From contig CAYWAX010000001.1 of NCBI GenBank assembly GCA_964456425.1, positions 20,277 through 68,872 of the forward strand: 48,596 bases of DNA, written 5' to 3'. This document shows, in pieces, positions 28,056 to 37,667 of the stretch. Below the pieces are notes generated by a model. The model did no database searches. It saw nothing but the letters and a program-made list of their open reading frames with translations, and was not told the DNA's origin. How positions within the stretch are numbered: the stretch's first letter is position 1; every line of letters starts with the position of its first letter. This stretch comes from an uncultured Nitrospinaceae bacterium (GTDB lineage Bacteria; UBA8248). Both the position numbers and the translations under genes were made by a program.

Positions 28056-29294
28056 ATGTCTGAATTGCCCCCTGACATCTCTGTTACTAATTGTTCTTTC
28101 TGTAACAAGAGCCAAGAAGAAGTTAAAAAAATGATTGCAGGTCCGGATGCCTATATTTGTAATGAATGCGTTGAACTTTGTAATGAAATTCTTACTGAAG
28201 AAATAAAAGAAAATTTGGAAGATGAACAAGGTGTCCTTATCAAACCAAGTGAGATTAAGGAAGTTTTGGATCAGCATGTCATAGGTCAAGAAAAAGCAAA
28301 GAAAATCCTATCTGTAGCAGTCTATAATCACTACAAAAGAATTGATGCCGAAATCAAAGAAGAGGATGCAGAATTAGATAAGAGTAATATACTTCTAATT
28401 GGACCGACAGGATCTGGAAAAACTTTGATGGCAAGGACTTTAGCCCGCCTCTTGAATGTTCCTTTCGCTATTGTTGATGCGACTACTCTTACAGAAGCAG
28501 GTTATGTTGGAGAAGATGTTGAAAATATAATTCTTAAATTATTACAATCTTCAGATTTTGATTCAGGGAGAGCGGAAAGAGGAATAATTTATATAGATGA
28601 AATAGATAAAATTACTAAAAAGAGTGAAAATCCTTCCATAACCCGAGATGTATCCGGAGAAGGAGTGCAGCAGGCACTTCTTAAAATCATAGAAGGGTCT
28701 ATTGCGAGTGTTCCTCCTCAGGGTGGAAGAAAACATCCTCACCAAGAGTTTGTTCAAGTAGATACAACAAATATTCTTTTTATATGTGCAGGTGCTTTTG
28801 TAGGATTAGAAGAGATTATACGTAAGAGGATAGGAAATCAAGGAGTTGGTTTTGAAGCTGATTTAAGGAATGAGCAAGAAATTTCTTTAAGTGAAATCCT
28901 TTCGAATGTCACTCCAGAAGATCTTTTGAAATATGGATTGATTCCTGAATTTATTGGAAGATTACCTGTTGTAGCATCGTTAAGTGAACTTAATAAAGAT
29001 GCCTTAATTGAAATTCTTATAAGACCAAAAAATGCACTGATAAAACAATATCAAAAATTCTTTGAATTAGAGGGAGTAACACTTACTTTTACAAAAGATG
29101 CTCTCGATTGTATTGCTTCTCAAGCTCTTTCTCAAAAGTCTGGAGCACGTGGTTTAAGATCAATTATTGAAAATATGATGCTTGATACGATGTTTGATTT
29201 GCCTAATATGATAGATGTGAAAGAGGTTTTGGTAAACGAAAAAGTAGTCAATTTAGAAGAAAAACCAAATCTAATATATAAAAGAGCAAGTTAG
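28056..29294 (+). CDS. clpX: ATP-dependent Clp protease ATP-binding subunit ClpX
   Basis: [17 protein letters not shown]...ICNECV zinc-binding domain, GPTGSGKT Walker [10 protein letters not shown] Walker B. Confidence 0.95.
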   Translation: MSELPPDISVTNCSFCNKSQEEVKKMIAGPDAYICNECVELCNEILTEEIKENLEDEQGVLIKPSEIKEVLDQHVIGQEKAKKILSVAVYNHYKRIDAEIKEEDAELDKSNILLIGPTGSGKTLMARTLARLLNVPFAIVDATTLTEAGYVGEDVENIILKLLQSSDFDSGRAERGIIYIDEIDKITKKSENPSITRDVSGEGVQQALLKIIEGSIASVPPQGGRKHPHQEFVQVDTTNILFICAGAFVGLEEIIRKRIGNQGVGFEADLRNEQEISLSEILSNVTPEDLLKYGLIPEFIGRLPVVASLSELNKDALIEILIRPKNALIKQYQKFFELEGVTLTFTKDALDCIASQALSQKSGARGLRSIIENMMLDTMFDLPNMIDVKEVLVNEKVVNLEEKPNLIYKRAS

Positions 29295-29315
29295 TTTTTC
29301 AAAAATTTTTTTTGA

Positions 29316-29390
29316 AGGCGCGTAGCTCAGGGGGAGAGCGCTTGCTTGACAGGCAAGAGGTCGGCGGTTCAAAACCGCCCGCGCCTACCA
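29316..29390 (+). tRNA. tRNA-Val (anticodon GAC), 75 nt with encoded CCA
   Basis: AGGCGCG/CGCGCCT acceptor, GCTCAGGGGGAGAGC D-arm, CTTGC-TTGACAG-GCAAG anticodon arm, GGCGG-TTCAAAA-CCGCC T-arm, A-CCA. Confidence 0.9.
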
Positions 29391-29423
29391 CTTATATTTA
29401 AAAGGATAAAGTTAATTTCAAAA

Positions 29424-31295
29424 ATGTCTAATAATAAGGATAGTTCATCCGAGAAAATAATTGCTGCTAAAATAGACAACCAAGTTGTAGATTTAGATAT
29501 TGTGTCCCCTGACGATGATAAGGCGGAATTTATTTTGCTAGGTTCGGAGGAAGGTAAAGAAATACTTCGTCATAGTACGGCACATGTTATGGCACAAGCA
29601 ATTCTTGAAATTTTCCCCAAAGCACTCTTTACAATTGGTCCACCAATAGAAAATGGTTTTTATTATGATATTGATTTAGAGAGGTCAATTACATTAGATG
29701 ATCTTGATATCATAGAAAAAAAGATGAAAGAAATTGCAAAAAGAAACTTGCAGTTTTTAAGGCAAGAAATTGAAAGAGATGATGCAATAAAACTTTTTAG
29801 CGATTTGGGGCAAAGTTATAAAGTAGAAATGATTAAAGATCTCTCTGTTGAAGAAAAACTTTCTATTTATAAACAAGGTGATTTCATAGATCTTTGTAGA
29901 GGACCACATGTCCCTTCAACTAAATCTTTAAAGTTTTTTAAACTTTTAAATGTTGCAGGTGCTTATTGGAGAGGCGATGAAAATAACAAGATGCTTCAGA
30001 GGATTTATGGGACATCTTTTCCAAGTGAAAATGAACTCAATGACTATCTGACTATGTTAGATGAATCAAAAAAGAGAGATCATAGAACACTAGGGAAACA
30101 ACACAGTTTATTTTTAACAGATGAAATGGCAGGTAGTGGACTTATATACTGGCAACCTAAAGGAACAGTTATTAGAAAAACTATTGAAAGATTTTGGGAA
30201 GACGAACATGTACGAAGAGGATATGAATTAGTTTCGATTCCTCATATTGTTAAAGATGAAATGTTTCACACCTCCGGACACTACGAGTATTATCATGAAA
30301 ACATGTATGTTTTAAACGTTGATGAGAATGAGTACGTTTTAAAGCCGATGAATTGTCCTGGACATATTTTAATATATCAACAAGCTATTCATAGCTATAG
30401 AGATTTGCCAATTAGATATGCAGAATTGGGAACAGTTTATAGATATGAGAGAAGTGGAACTCTGCACGGTATGCTTCGTGTTCGTGGATTCACTCAAGAT
30501 GATGCACATATTTTTTGTACCCCTGATCAAGCAGAAGACGAAGTATTGGCAGTTATAGATTTAGCTCATTTTATGCTTGAAACATTCGGATATAATGATT
30601 TCATAACCGAACTTTCAGTTCATGATAGTAATAATTTTGAAAAATATGCTGGGGTTTTGGAAGACTGGGAAACTGCTGAAACCGCTCTTATTAATGCACT
30701 TGAAAAGAGGCAAATTTCTTATAAGCGTATTGAGGGGGAAGCAGCATTTTATGGGCCAAAAATTGATATAAAAATGCTAGATGCATTAGGTCGTGGATGG
30801 CAGGGGCCTACCATCCAGTTTGATTTCAATTTGCCAAAGCGTTTTGATTTAAATTATGTGGGACAAGATGGTGATCGTAAAAAAGTAGTAATGATACATA
30901 GAACAGTTTTAGGTTCAATGGAAAGATTTGTAGGAGGTTTAATTGAACAATATTCTGCATCTTTCCCAACTTGGCTTTCTCCGATACAAGCTCGTGTCAT
31001 GAGTATATCAGATGATCAAATACCTTATGCTGAAGAAGTATTGAAAGAATTAAAAAAATTTAATATTAGAGTAGATTCTGACTTTAGAAATGAGAAAATA
31101 GGTTATAAGATACGACAAGCGGAATCAGATAAGGTTCCATATATGCTAGTTATTGGTGCTAGAGAGGTAGATTCTTCTCATGTTTCTCTTCGTGTTCGTG
31201 GACAAGGGAACAAAGGTTCCTTTATAATCAGTGAATTGATTGAAAAAATTATAGAAGATATTAAATTAAGAATACCTTCACCAAGGGTTAATTAA
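29424..31295 (+). CDS. thrS: Threonine--tRNA ligase
   Basis: RHSTAHVMAQAI, class II motifs (FRGDE-like YWRGDENNKMLQRIYG, RVRGFTQDDAHIF). Start moved to ATG 29424 because the longest ORF (TTG 29346) lies inside tRNA-Val. Confidence 0.95.
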   Translation: MSNNKDSSSEKIIAAKIDNQVVDLDIVSPDDDKAEFILLGSEEGKEILRHSTAHVMAQAILEIFPKALFTIGPPIENGFYYDIDLERSITLDDLDIIEKKMKEIAKRNLQFLRQEIERDDAIKLFSDLGQSYKVEMIKDLSVEEKLSIYKQGDFIDLCRGPHVPSTKSLKFFKLLNVAGAYWRGDENNKMLQRIYGTSFPSENELNDYLTMLDESKKRDHRTLGKQHSLFLTDEMAGSGLIYWQPKGTVIRKTIERFWEDEHVRRGYELVSIPHIVKDEMFHTSGHYEYYHENMYVLNVDENEYVLKPMNCPGHILIYQQAIHSYRDLPIRYAELGTVYRYERSGTLHGMLRVRGFTQDDAHIFCTPDQAEDEVLAVIDLAHFMLETFGYNDFITELSVHDSNNFEKYAGVLEDWETAETALINALEKRQISYKRIEGEAAFYGPKIDIKMLDALGRGWQGPTIQFDFNLPKRFDLNYVGQDGDRKKVVMIHRTVLGSMERFVGGLIEQYSASFPTWLSPIQARVMSISDDQIPYAEEVLKELKKFNIRVDSDFRNEKIGYKIRQAESDKVPYMLVIGAREVDSSHVSLRVRGQGNKGSFIISELIEKIIEDIKLRIPSPRVN

Positions 31296-31297
31296 GT

Positions 31298-31864
31298 ATG
31301 GTACAAAGATCTCGAGGTAATGAAAAAAACAATAGGTCTGGACCTAAAGCGAATATGGATATTTCGGCTTCAAAGGTTCGAGTTATAGACGAAGACGGGG
31401 TTCAATTAGGGGACCTTTCTTTAGAAGCTGCAGTAGTTGCAGCAGAAGAAAGAGATTTAGACCTTGTTGAAGTATCACCAAATTCTGATCCTCCAGTATG
31501 TAAGATTATGGATTTGGGTAGATATAAATATATTCAACAAAAAAAAGCACAAGAGGCAAAAAAGAAACAAAAAATTGTAGAAGTTAAAGAAGTTAAATTG
31601 AGAATAAAAATAGAAGAGCATGATTACCAGATAAAGAAAAAACATGCTGAGAGATTTTTGAATGATGGAAATAAAGCCAAAATAACTATAATGTTTCGAG
31701 GTCGTGAAGTTACACATTCTCAATTAGGAAGAAAATTAATAGATAGAATGGTAGAAGAGTTAGATGAAGTTGGTGTAGTTGAACAAGAACCAAATTTAGA
31801 AGGTAGAAATATGACTGTTGTAATTGGACCTAAAGTATTAAAAAAAGGTTCTCCAAATTCATAG
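31298..31864 (+). CDS. infC: Translation initiation factor IF-3
   Basis: KVRVIDEDGVQLGDLS...DLDLVEVSPNSDPPVCKIMD...KEVKLRIKIEEHDY. The ATG lies 3 nt after the thrS stop. Confidence 0.9.
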   Translation: MVQRSRGNEKNNRSGPKANMDISASKVRVIDEDGVQLGDLSLEAAVVAAEERDLDLVEVSPNSDPPVCKIMDLGRYKYIQQKKAQEAKKKQKIVEVKEVKLRIKIEEHDYQIKKKHAERFLNDGNKAKITIMFRGREVTHSQLGRKLIDRMVEELDEVGVVEQEPNLEGRNMTVVIGPKVLKKGSPNS

Positions 31865-31896
31865 GATTTAAATAAGATTCGAAGAGGAATTAGAAA

Positions 31897-32094
31897 ATGC
31901 CTAAGCTTAAGACCAATAGGGGAGCAGCTAAGAGATTTAAACTCACTAGTAGTGGAAAAGTGAAGTTTAACCACTCTCATCGTAGACATATCCTTACTAA
32001 AAAATCTACTAAACGTAAGAGAGAACTTAGACATAGTTCTATTGCTAACCCTATTGATGAGAAGATGATTAAAAGGCTTTTGCCTAATAGTTAA
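31897..32094 (+). CDS. rpmI: 50S ribosomal protein L35
   Basis: [23 protein letters not shown]..., canonical L35. Confidence 0.9.
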   Translation: MPKLKTNRGAAKRFKLTSSGKVKFNHSHRRHILTKKSTKRKRELRHSSIANPIDEKMIKRLLPNS

Positions 32095-32195
32095 TTTAGA
32101 AAGATTTTAGTATCGATGGTTGCGTTATTTATTGCATGTAGATATATTCGCTGACCTCGTTTGTTTGAGTTTCTTTAAGTTTTTAGGAGTTTCAG

Positions 32196-32549
32196 ATGCC
32201 ACGTTCAACTGGAAATGTTGCTGGTCGTGAACGACATAAAAGAGTTTTAAAGCAAGCAAAAGGTTTTAGGGGTGCTCGATCAAAGCGTTTCAGATCAGCT
32301 CGAGAAACTCTACTTAGATCAATGGCTTACGCAACGAGAGATAGAAGAACTAGGAAAAGAGAATTTAGAAGATTATGGAATGTGAGGATTAATGCTGCAG
32401 CTCGTGAATTTGGTTTATCCTACAGTAAATTTATAGGAGGATTAAATAAAGCTGGAATTGATGTAAATAGAAAGGTTTTAGCAGATTTAGCTGTAACCGA
32501 TCGATCATCTTTTTCACAATTAGTAGAACTAGCTCGGGCAGAAATTTGA
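32196..32549 (+). CDS. rplT: 50S ribosomal protein L20
   Basis: [30 protein letters not shown]..., canonical L20. Ends with TGA. Confidence 0.95.
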   Translation: MPRSTGNVAGRERHKRVLKQAKGFRGARSKRFRSARETLLRSMAYATRDRRTRKREFRRLWNVRINAAAREFGLSYSKFIGGLNKAGIDVNRKVLADLAVTDRSSFSQLVELARAEI

Positions 32550-32567
32550 GTCGTTCCTTTTTTTTCG

Positions 32568-32599
32568 AGCTCCTCCTAATTAGGTGGAGCTTTTTTTTT
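32568..32599 (+). terminator. Rho-independent terminator after rplT
   Basis: AGCTCCTCCT-AATT-AGGTGGAGCT hairpin (one mismatch) followed by a run of nine T. Confidence 0.75.
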
Positions 32600-32613
32600 A
32601 TGGGGTCCTTTAG

Positions 32614-33705
32614 GTGGAAATAAGTTATTTAGAGAAAATAGGCAAAGAGATATTTGAGTTATTATCCTCATCTGAAGATATTTCTAATTTAGATGAAATT
32701 CGACTGAGATATCTGGGTCGTAAGGATGGGTTAATAACAAAATTAGCTAAGAATTTAAAGACCCTTAATATTGATGAGAGACGTTTATTTGGACCGTTGG
32801 TAAATAGTCTTCGTTCACTTATAGAAGAATTCGTGAATGAATTTAAAAAAAACGGAAGAGCGTCGGCTTTAGAAGTTTTATTGTCTAAAGTTAAATTAGT
32901 TGATGGGAAATCTTTTTTATTTGAAAAATTTGAAGTTTCTGTAGATTGTTTGACCGATTCAATTGAAGAAAATGATTCAAATAGAATTATAGATTTAACA
33001 ATTCCAGGAAAAAAAATTCCAATTGGTCATAAACATCCTCTTGTTCAAACAACAGAGGATTTGATTCAAATATTAACTAGGCTTGGTTATAGTGTTGCTG
33101 AAGGACCTGAAGTAGAACTTGATTTTTTTAATTTTGAAGCTTTAAATATTCCTAAAGATCATCCAGCCAGAGATATGCAGGATACCTTTTATATTTCTGA
33201 TGAAGTCTTATTAAGAACTCATACTTCTCCGGTGCAAATAAGAGTTATGAAATCTCAAGAACCACCCGTGAAAGTTATTGCCCCTGGAAAAGTTTTTCGT
33301 TGTGATGCCGATATAACGCATTCTCCTATGTTTCATCAAATAGAGGGATTATATGTTGATAAAAATGTTACTTTTTCAGATCTAAAGGGTACAATTGAAA
33401 CCTTTATCTCTGAAATTTTCGGTCCTGAGTTTCGTGTCCGTCTTCGACCTAGTTTCTTTCCTTTTACAGAACCTAGTGCTGAGGTCGATATTGCCTGTGA
33501 CCATCTTGCTAATGGTAATTGGATGGAAGTATTAGGTGCAGGGATGGTCGATCCTGCTGTTTTTGAAGCTGTCGGTTATGACCCTGAAGAATGGAGTGGT
33601 TTTGCTTGGGGATTGGGTGTGGAAAGAATTACAATGCTTCGCTATGGAATAAGTGATATTCGACTTTTTTTTGAAAATGATCTAAGAACAATTAGACAAT
33701 TCTAA
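32614..33705 (+). CDS. pheS: Phenylalanine--tRNA ligase alpha subunit
   Basis: HPARDMQDTFY, LRTHTSPVQIR, FRPSFFPFTEPSAEVD, GLGVERI class II motifs. GTG start. Confidence 0.95.
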   Translation: MEISYLEKIGKEIFELLSSSEDISNLDEIRLRYLGRKDGLITKLAKNLKTLNIDERRLFGPLVNSLRSLIEEFVNEFKKNGRASALEVLLSKVKLVDGKSFLFEKFEVSVDCLTDSIEENDSNRIIDLTIPGKKIPIGHKHPLVQTTEDLIQILTRLGYSVAEGPEVELDFFNFEALNIPKDHPARDMQDTFYISDEVLLRTHTSPVQIRVMKSQEPPVKVIAPGKVFRCDADITHSPMFHQIEGLYVDKNVTFSDLKGTIETFISEIFGPEFRVRLRPSFFPFTEPSAEVDIACDHLANGNWMEVLGAGMVDPAVFEAVGYDPEEWSGFAWGLGVERITMLRYGISDIRLFFENDLRTIRQF

Positions 33706-33730
33706 AATATCCTATTAAAGGATTAAGTAT

Positions 33731-36160
33731 ATGCTAATCACCTTGAATTGGTTATCAGAATTTCTGGAATTAGAAGAAAAAAATAATAAATTTGCAATTT
33801 GCCTCGCTGAAGAGTTGTTGCTTTCAGGTTTGGAGACAGAAGTACTAGAGATTAATAAATTAGATTGCACTAATCTTATAATCGCCGAGATTATTACTGT
33901 AGAAGGTCATCCTGATGCAGATCGACTCAGTTTATGTACTGTAAATGATGGTTTAAATGAAAGACAGATTGTATGCGGTGCAAAAAATGTTAGTCCTGGG
34001 CAAAAAATCATATTAGCTAATCCTGGTTTTGTTTTTCCTGATGGGCAAAAGATTAAAAAAACAAAGATTCGAGGTGTCCTAAGTGATGGAATGATTTGTT
34101 CAGAAAAAGAACTGGGGATTGGAGAGGATCAAAGTGGCATTATGGTTCTTGGGATAGATTCAGAAGTAGGGATTTCACCAAAGGAAATTCTTGGTTTAGA
34201 GGATCCTATTTTAGATATATCTATTACTCCAAATAGATCAGATTGCTTGTCTGTTCTAGGAGTGGCAAGGGAAAGTTCAGCCATTTTGGAAAAAAATTTA
34301 AAGATTCCAGAAGTCACAGTTAAAGATGAACCTATAGTTGTTAATAAGAGTATTGAAATTCTAAATCCTACAGATTGTCCAAGATATACAGCAAGAGCAG
34401 TTTTTAATGCAAAAATTGAAGATTCTCCAAATTGGTTAAAAACACGTTTGAGATCCTCTGGGATGCGTCCGATCAATAATGTAGTTGATATCACAAACTA
34501 CGTTATGCTTACTTTAGGTCAACCCCTTCATGCGTTCGATATGGATAGTCTTAGTGGCGATAAAATTTTTATAAGAAAATGGGAAAAATCGGATGGTCAG
34601 TTTCTTGCTTTGGACGGCAAAAAATATGATATGTCTAAAGAAGATCTTATGATTTGTGATGCTAGAGGCGCAATTGCTTTAGCTGGCGTAATGGGAGGTA
34701 TTCATACAGAGGTCAATAAAGAAACTAGAAATATCTTATTTGAAAGTGCTCACTTTTCTCCCTCTTGTATTAGAAAAACTCGTCGTAAGATTGGTTTAAA
34801 TACTGAAGCATCATATCGTTTCGAGAGAGGAGTTGATCCAAATGGAACTGTTTTAGCTTTGAATATGGCAGTTGAATTGACACGACAATTAACTGAGGGG
34901 AAAATTTCTGAAACAATTATCGATATTTATCCAGTACCTTTTAATCCAATTCTAGTATCTCTTCGTTTGGAAAGGATTAAAAACTTATTAGGTGTGACTT
35001 TTAGTGGAGATGAAATTAAAAAATTATTGGAACCTCTCTCAATTAATTGTTCTGAAACTAATAAGTCAGTTATTGTTTGTGAAATTCCTACTTTTAGATC
35101 GGATATTACTCGTGAAATAGATTTGATTGAGGAAATAGCAAGGAGAAAAGGATACAATACTTTTAATTCCTCCCTTCCCAGAACTTCCAAGCCACCTGAT
35201 TCACCTTCAAAAAGAAGAAGCATAGAAACACGGGGAAGGGATGCAATGATTCATTCTGGTTATGATGAAGCTATCAATTATAGTTTCGTAAGTTCCTCGA
35301 ATCTTGAATTATTAGGTGCAGATTTAGATAAAATAGTGACTTTAAAAAATCCTCTTAGTAGTGAGATGTCTTCTTTAAGAACTACGCTTCTTTCAGGTTT
35401 GCTTCAAAATGTTTCTTTAAATATTAATCATGGACAGCGTTCAATAAAACTTTTCGAAATAGGGAAAACATTTGAAAAGGACAAAAAATTACCAAAAGAA
35501 TTTCTTAAGATGTCAGCAGTTTTAATTAATTCTGATATTGTCGAACTTTGGGGAGATGGTATATCTCCTGGTGGGGATTCTCCTTTACCTAAAGATATTT
35601 ATGCTTTAAAGGGCACTATAGAAAGAGCATTAGAATTCCTCAATTTTCCTGCTTTGAAATTTGAGAATACTGATCCTGATCTTTCTAGTCCTTATGAAGT
35701 TGGTTCCTATGGAAAGATAAATTTAAATGGTCAGCATATCGGAGAGATAGGATACATAAAAAGAGTTTGTCTTGAAAATTTTGGAATTCATCATAAAGTA
35801 TGTTCTTTTGAAATAAATCTTGATTACCTTTCTAAAGAAGAATTTTCTATTAAAAGAATGTCAGAACTAAATCGTTATCCAGAAAGTTTCAGAGATTTAG
35901 CAATTGTTTTAGATGAAAAAATATCGAATTCTTCGATAGAAATGGTAATTTTTAAGGCGGCAGGAGATATTCTAAGTTCAATTAAATTATTTGATGTATA
36001 CCAGGGTACTAATATAGAAAATAGTAATGAAAAAAGCGTTGCATATTCTCTAGTTTTTAATAATCCAAATCGAACTTTAAAAGACGAAGAAGTTAATAGT
36101 GCCTTTAATTCTATTGTTTCCAATTTAGAATCTAAGTTTGGTGCACGTCTTAGATCATAA
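33731..36160 (+). CDS. pheT: Phenylalanine--tRNA ligase beta subunit
   Basis: 809 aa. N-terminal tRNA-binding OB (HPDADRLSLC), B3/4, B5 and C-terminal FDX-ACB domains. Confidence 0.95.
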   Translation: MLITLNWLSEFLELEEKNNKFAICLAEELLLSGLETEVLEINKLDCTNLIIAEIITVEGHPDADRLSLCTVNDGLNERQIVCGAKNVSPGQKIILANPGFVFPDGQKIKKTKIRGVLSDGMICSEKELGIGEDQSGIMVLGIDSEVGISPKEILGLEDPILDISITPNRSDCLSVLGVARESSAILEKNLKIPEVTVKDEPIVVNKSIEILNPTDCPRYTARAVFNAKIEDSPNWLKTRLRSSGMRPINNVVDITNYVMLTLGQPLHAFDMDSLSGDKIFIRKWEKSDGQFLALDGKKYDMSKEDLMICDARGAIALAGVMGGIHTEVNKETRNILFESAHFSPSCIRKTRRKIGLNTEASYRFERGVDPNGTVLALNMAVELTRQLTEGKISETIIDIYPVPFNPILVSLRLERIKNLLGVTFSGDEIKKLLEPLSINCSETNKSVIVCEIPTFRSDITREIDLIEEIARRKGYNTFNSSLPRTSKPPDSPSKRRSIETRGRDAMIHSGYDEAINYSFVSSSNLELLGADLDKIVTLKNPLSSEMSSLRTTLLSGLLQNVSLNINHGQRSIKLFEIGKTFEKDKKLPKEFLKMSAVLINSDIVELWGDGISPGGDSPLPKDIYALKGTIERALEFLNFPALKFENTDPDLSSPYEVGSYGKINLNGQHIGEIGYIKRVCLENFGIHHKVCSFEINLDYLSKEEFSIKRMSELNRYPESFRDLAIVLDEKISNSSIEMVIFKAAGDILSSIKLFDVYQGTNIENSNEKSVAYSLVFNNPNRTLKDEEVNSAFNSIVSNLESKFGARLRS

Positions 36161-36163
36161 TCC

Positions 36164-36193
36164 TTGACAATTTACGTATGCAATCAATACAAT
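36164..36193 (+). promoter_or_regulatory. Candidate sigma70-type promoter for the zapA / 6S RNA unit
   Basis: TTGACA (36164-36169) - 18 nt - TACAAT (36188-36193), just after the pheT stop and about 40 nt before the next ATG. Confidence 0.4.
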
Positions 36194-36231
36194 GAGTTAT
36201 ATAGTTTTTTTGTATTCAAAAGGTATACTTA

Positions 36232-36492
36232 ATGGTATTGAAAAAGATGGATAATCTTGAACTAGATATAAAAAAGATCTTAGAAGAAATACTATTATTG
36301 AGAAAAACTGTTGATGAGATGGCTGTGTTAATTGAAAAAACAAAAAGTGATTTAGAAAAAGCAAATGAGGAAATTTTATTAAATAGTGAAAAACTAGAGG
36401 GTTTAGAATCAGAAAATGACAAACTTAATAATTCACAAAAGAAAGCTATAGAACGTGTTGAAAAAGTACTTTCAAGTTTATGTGTAGAATAG
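36232..36492 (+). CDS. Small coiled-coil protein (ZapB-like in character only)
   Basis: 86 aa, heptad-rich and acidic (LEEILLLRKTVDEMAVLIEKTKSDLEKANEEIL...). Directly upstream of zapA. Confidence 0.5.
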   Translation: MVLKKMDNLELDIKKILEEILLLRKTVDEMAVLIEKTKSDLEKANEEILLNSEKLEGLESENDKLNNSQKKAIERVEKVLSSLCVE

Positions 36493-36507
36493 TGATTGGA
36501 AAAAGAA

Positions 36508-36783
36508 ATGAGTGAGAAGAAATTAACTTTGAAGATTTTTGGACAAGTTTTGAATTTAAAGAGTGATGCTGATCCGGAATATGCTCAGAAACTTGCAGAT
36601 TATGTTGATAAACAAATTATGAAAGTTTCTAGACAGAGCAACGATCCGCTTAAAGTAGTTTTGTTGGCATCCATGAATATTGCTAATGACTTTTTTAGTG
36701 AACAAAAAAACTTAATTGATAGTAATGAAGCTATATCTGAAAAGGCTGATAAGCTAATTGAATTAATTAAGGAAGCTGTTTAA
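36508..36783 (+). CDS. zapA: Cell division protein ZapA
   Basis: LTLKIFGQVLNLKSDADPEYAQKLADYVDKQI...VVLLASMNIANDFF fits the ZapA pattern. ATG 36508 chosen; a TTG at 36496 is the longest alternative. Confidence 0.75.
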   Translation: MSEKKLTLKIFGQVLNLKSDADPEYAQKLADYVDKQIMKVSRQSNDPLKVVLLASMNIANDFFSEQKNLIDSNEAISEKADKLIELIKEAV

Positions 36784-36847
36784 ATTCAGGTCTACCAATA
36801 TCTTTCGTTGTTTTCCTAAGTTATTTCTTCTATTTCATTATGATTTA

Positions 36848-37030
36848 AAGACCCTGTCGTGAACGTGATGGGTGAAAGTATTTGACCCAGTAATTTTTGA
36901 AAAGGGAATCCTTCCATAAGGTGGTGAGTCATTTCCATTTGGATTTGAACCTAAAGCCTAATTTTGGATACCCACCTGGCCAAGGCTGGGTTCATAGCTT
37001 AACTCACACGGCACAATGATGGGGTCGTCT
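36848..37030 (+). ncRNA. ssrS: 6S RNA (SsrS), about 180 nt; ends approximate (+/-10 nt)
   Basis: 270-nt ORF-free spacer between zapA and the 5-formyl-THF cyclo-ligase gene, the conserved ssrS locus as in E. coli zapA-ssrS-ygfA. A long imperfect closing helix pairs GACCC/UGUCGUG/GACCCAG (5' arm) with CUGGGUU/CACGGCA/GGGUC (3' arm). An internal AGGUGG/CCACCU helix flanks an open central region. Segments GGUGGUGAGUCAU and CACCUGGCCAAGGCUGGGUUCAUAGC resemble E. coli 6S as I recall it. Confidence 0.75.
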
Positions 37031-37053
37031 AAAAAATATTTAGGATTTAAATT

Positions 37054-37650
37054 TTGACTTCTTATAATCTAGTAGAGAAGAATTTTTTGAGAGAAAAAAT
37101 AAAAAAAAGAAGGAATGGTATATCCGAGAGTAAAAGAAGCGTTTTCAGTTTTAATTTATGTAATAGACTTGAATTCTTTTTAACAGTTTTTCAGTTTAGA
37201 AATATAGCGATATTTTATCCAATTGATCAAAATAAGGAGATTGATATTTCTTCAATTTGGGGATTTTTTAAAAATCCTAATAGAGTTTTTTATTTTCCAA
37301 AAGTAAATGGCAAAGACCTTGATTTCTATTCAGTGGAAAATTTCAGAGACGATTTTTCAGTTGGATATTCGAATATTTTAGAACCTAATGATTGTGATAT
37401 TGAAGTTGATATTTCAGTTTTTGATGTAATACTAACTCCTGGGTTGGCATTTGATTTGTATGGAACTAGATTGGGTTATGGTAAAGGATTTTATGATAAA
37501 TTTTTGAGTATTTTAGATTTAAAAACTATAAAGGTAGGTGTAGGTTATTCATTTCAGTTTTTTTGGGAACGAAGTATACCATCAAAAGAATGGGATCAAC
37601 GTCTTGACTGGGTTATAACCGACAAAGAGTTGATTAAATGTTCCTGTTAA
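37054..37650 (+). CDS. ygfA: 5-formyltetrahydrofolate cyclo-ligase
   Basis: 198 aa. LTPGLAFDLYGTRLGYGKGFYDKFL signature. TTG start. Confidence 0.8.
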   Translation: MTSYNLVEKNFLREKIKKRRNGISESKRSVFSFNLCNRLEFFLTVFQFRNIAIFYPIDQNKEIDISSIWGFFKNPNRVFYFPKVNGKDLDFYSVENFRDDFSVGYSNILEPNDCDIEVDISVFDVILTPGLAFDLYGTRLGYGKGFYDKFLSILDLKTIKVGVGYSFQFFWERSIPSKEWDQRLDWVITDKELIKCSC

Positions 37651-37667
37651 ATATATAGGAGGTGCTA

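Noticed and set aside
29346-29423. Longest thrS ORF starting at TTG 29346.
   Set aside because: The first 45 nt lie inside tRNA-Val (29316-29390) and would add a basic, non-homologous leader. ATG 29424 gives a normal ThrRS N-terminus.
29295-29423. T-box or other leader RNA upstream of thrS, and similarly upstream of pheS at 32550-32613.
   Set aside because: The thrS spacer is filled by tRNA-Val and the pheS spacer by the rplT terminator. Neither leaves room for a leader of about 200 nt.
31289-31300. Non-canonical (AUU/AUA) start codon for infC, as in the classic IF-3 autoregulation.
   Set aside because: The infC frame opens only after the TAA at 31289-31291, and the first usable start is a normal ATG at 31298. 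I make no claim about autoregulation.
36490-36498. Possible read-through fusion of the coiled-coil ORF and zapA, which share a frame.
   Set aside because: The junction is TAG followed immediately by TGA. Two consecutive stops argue against recoding, and zapA has its own start.
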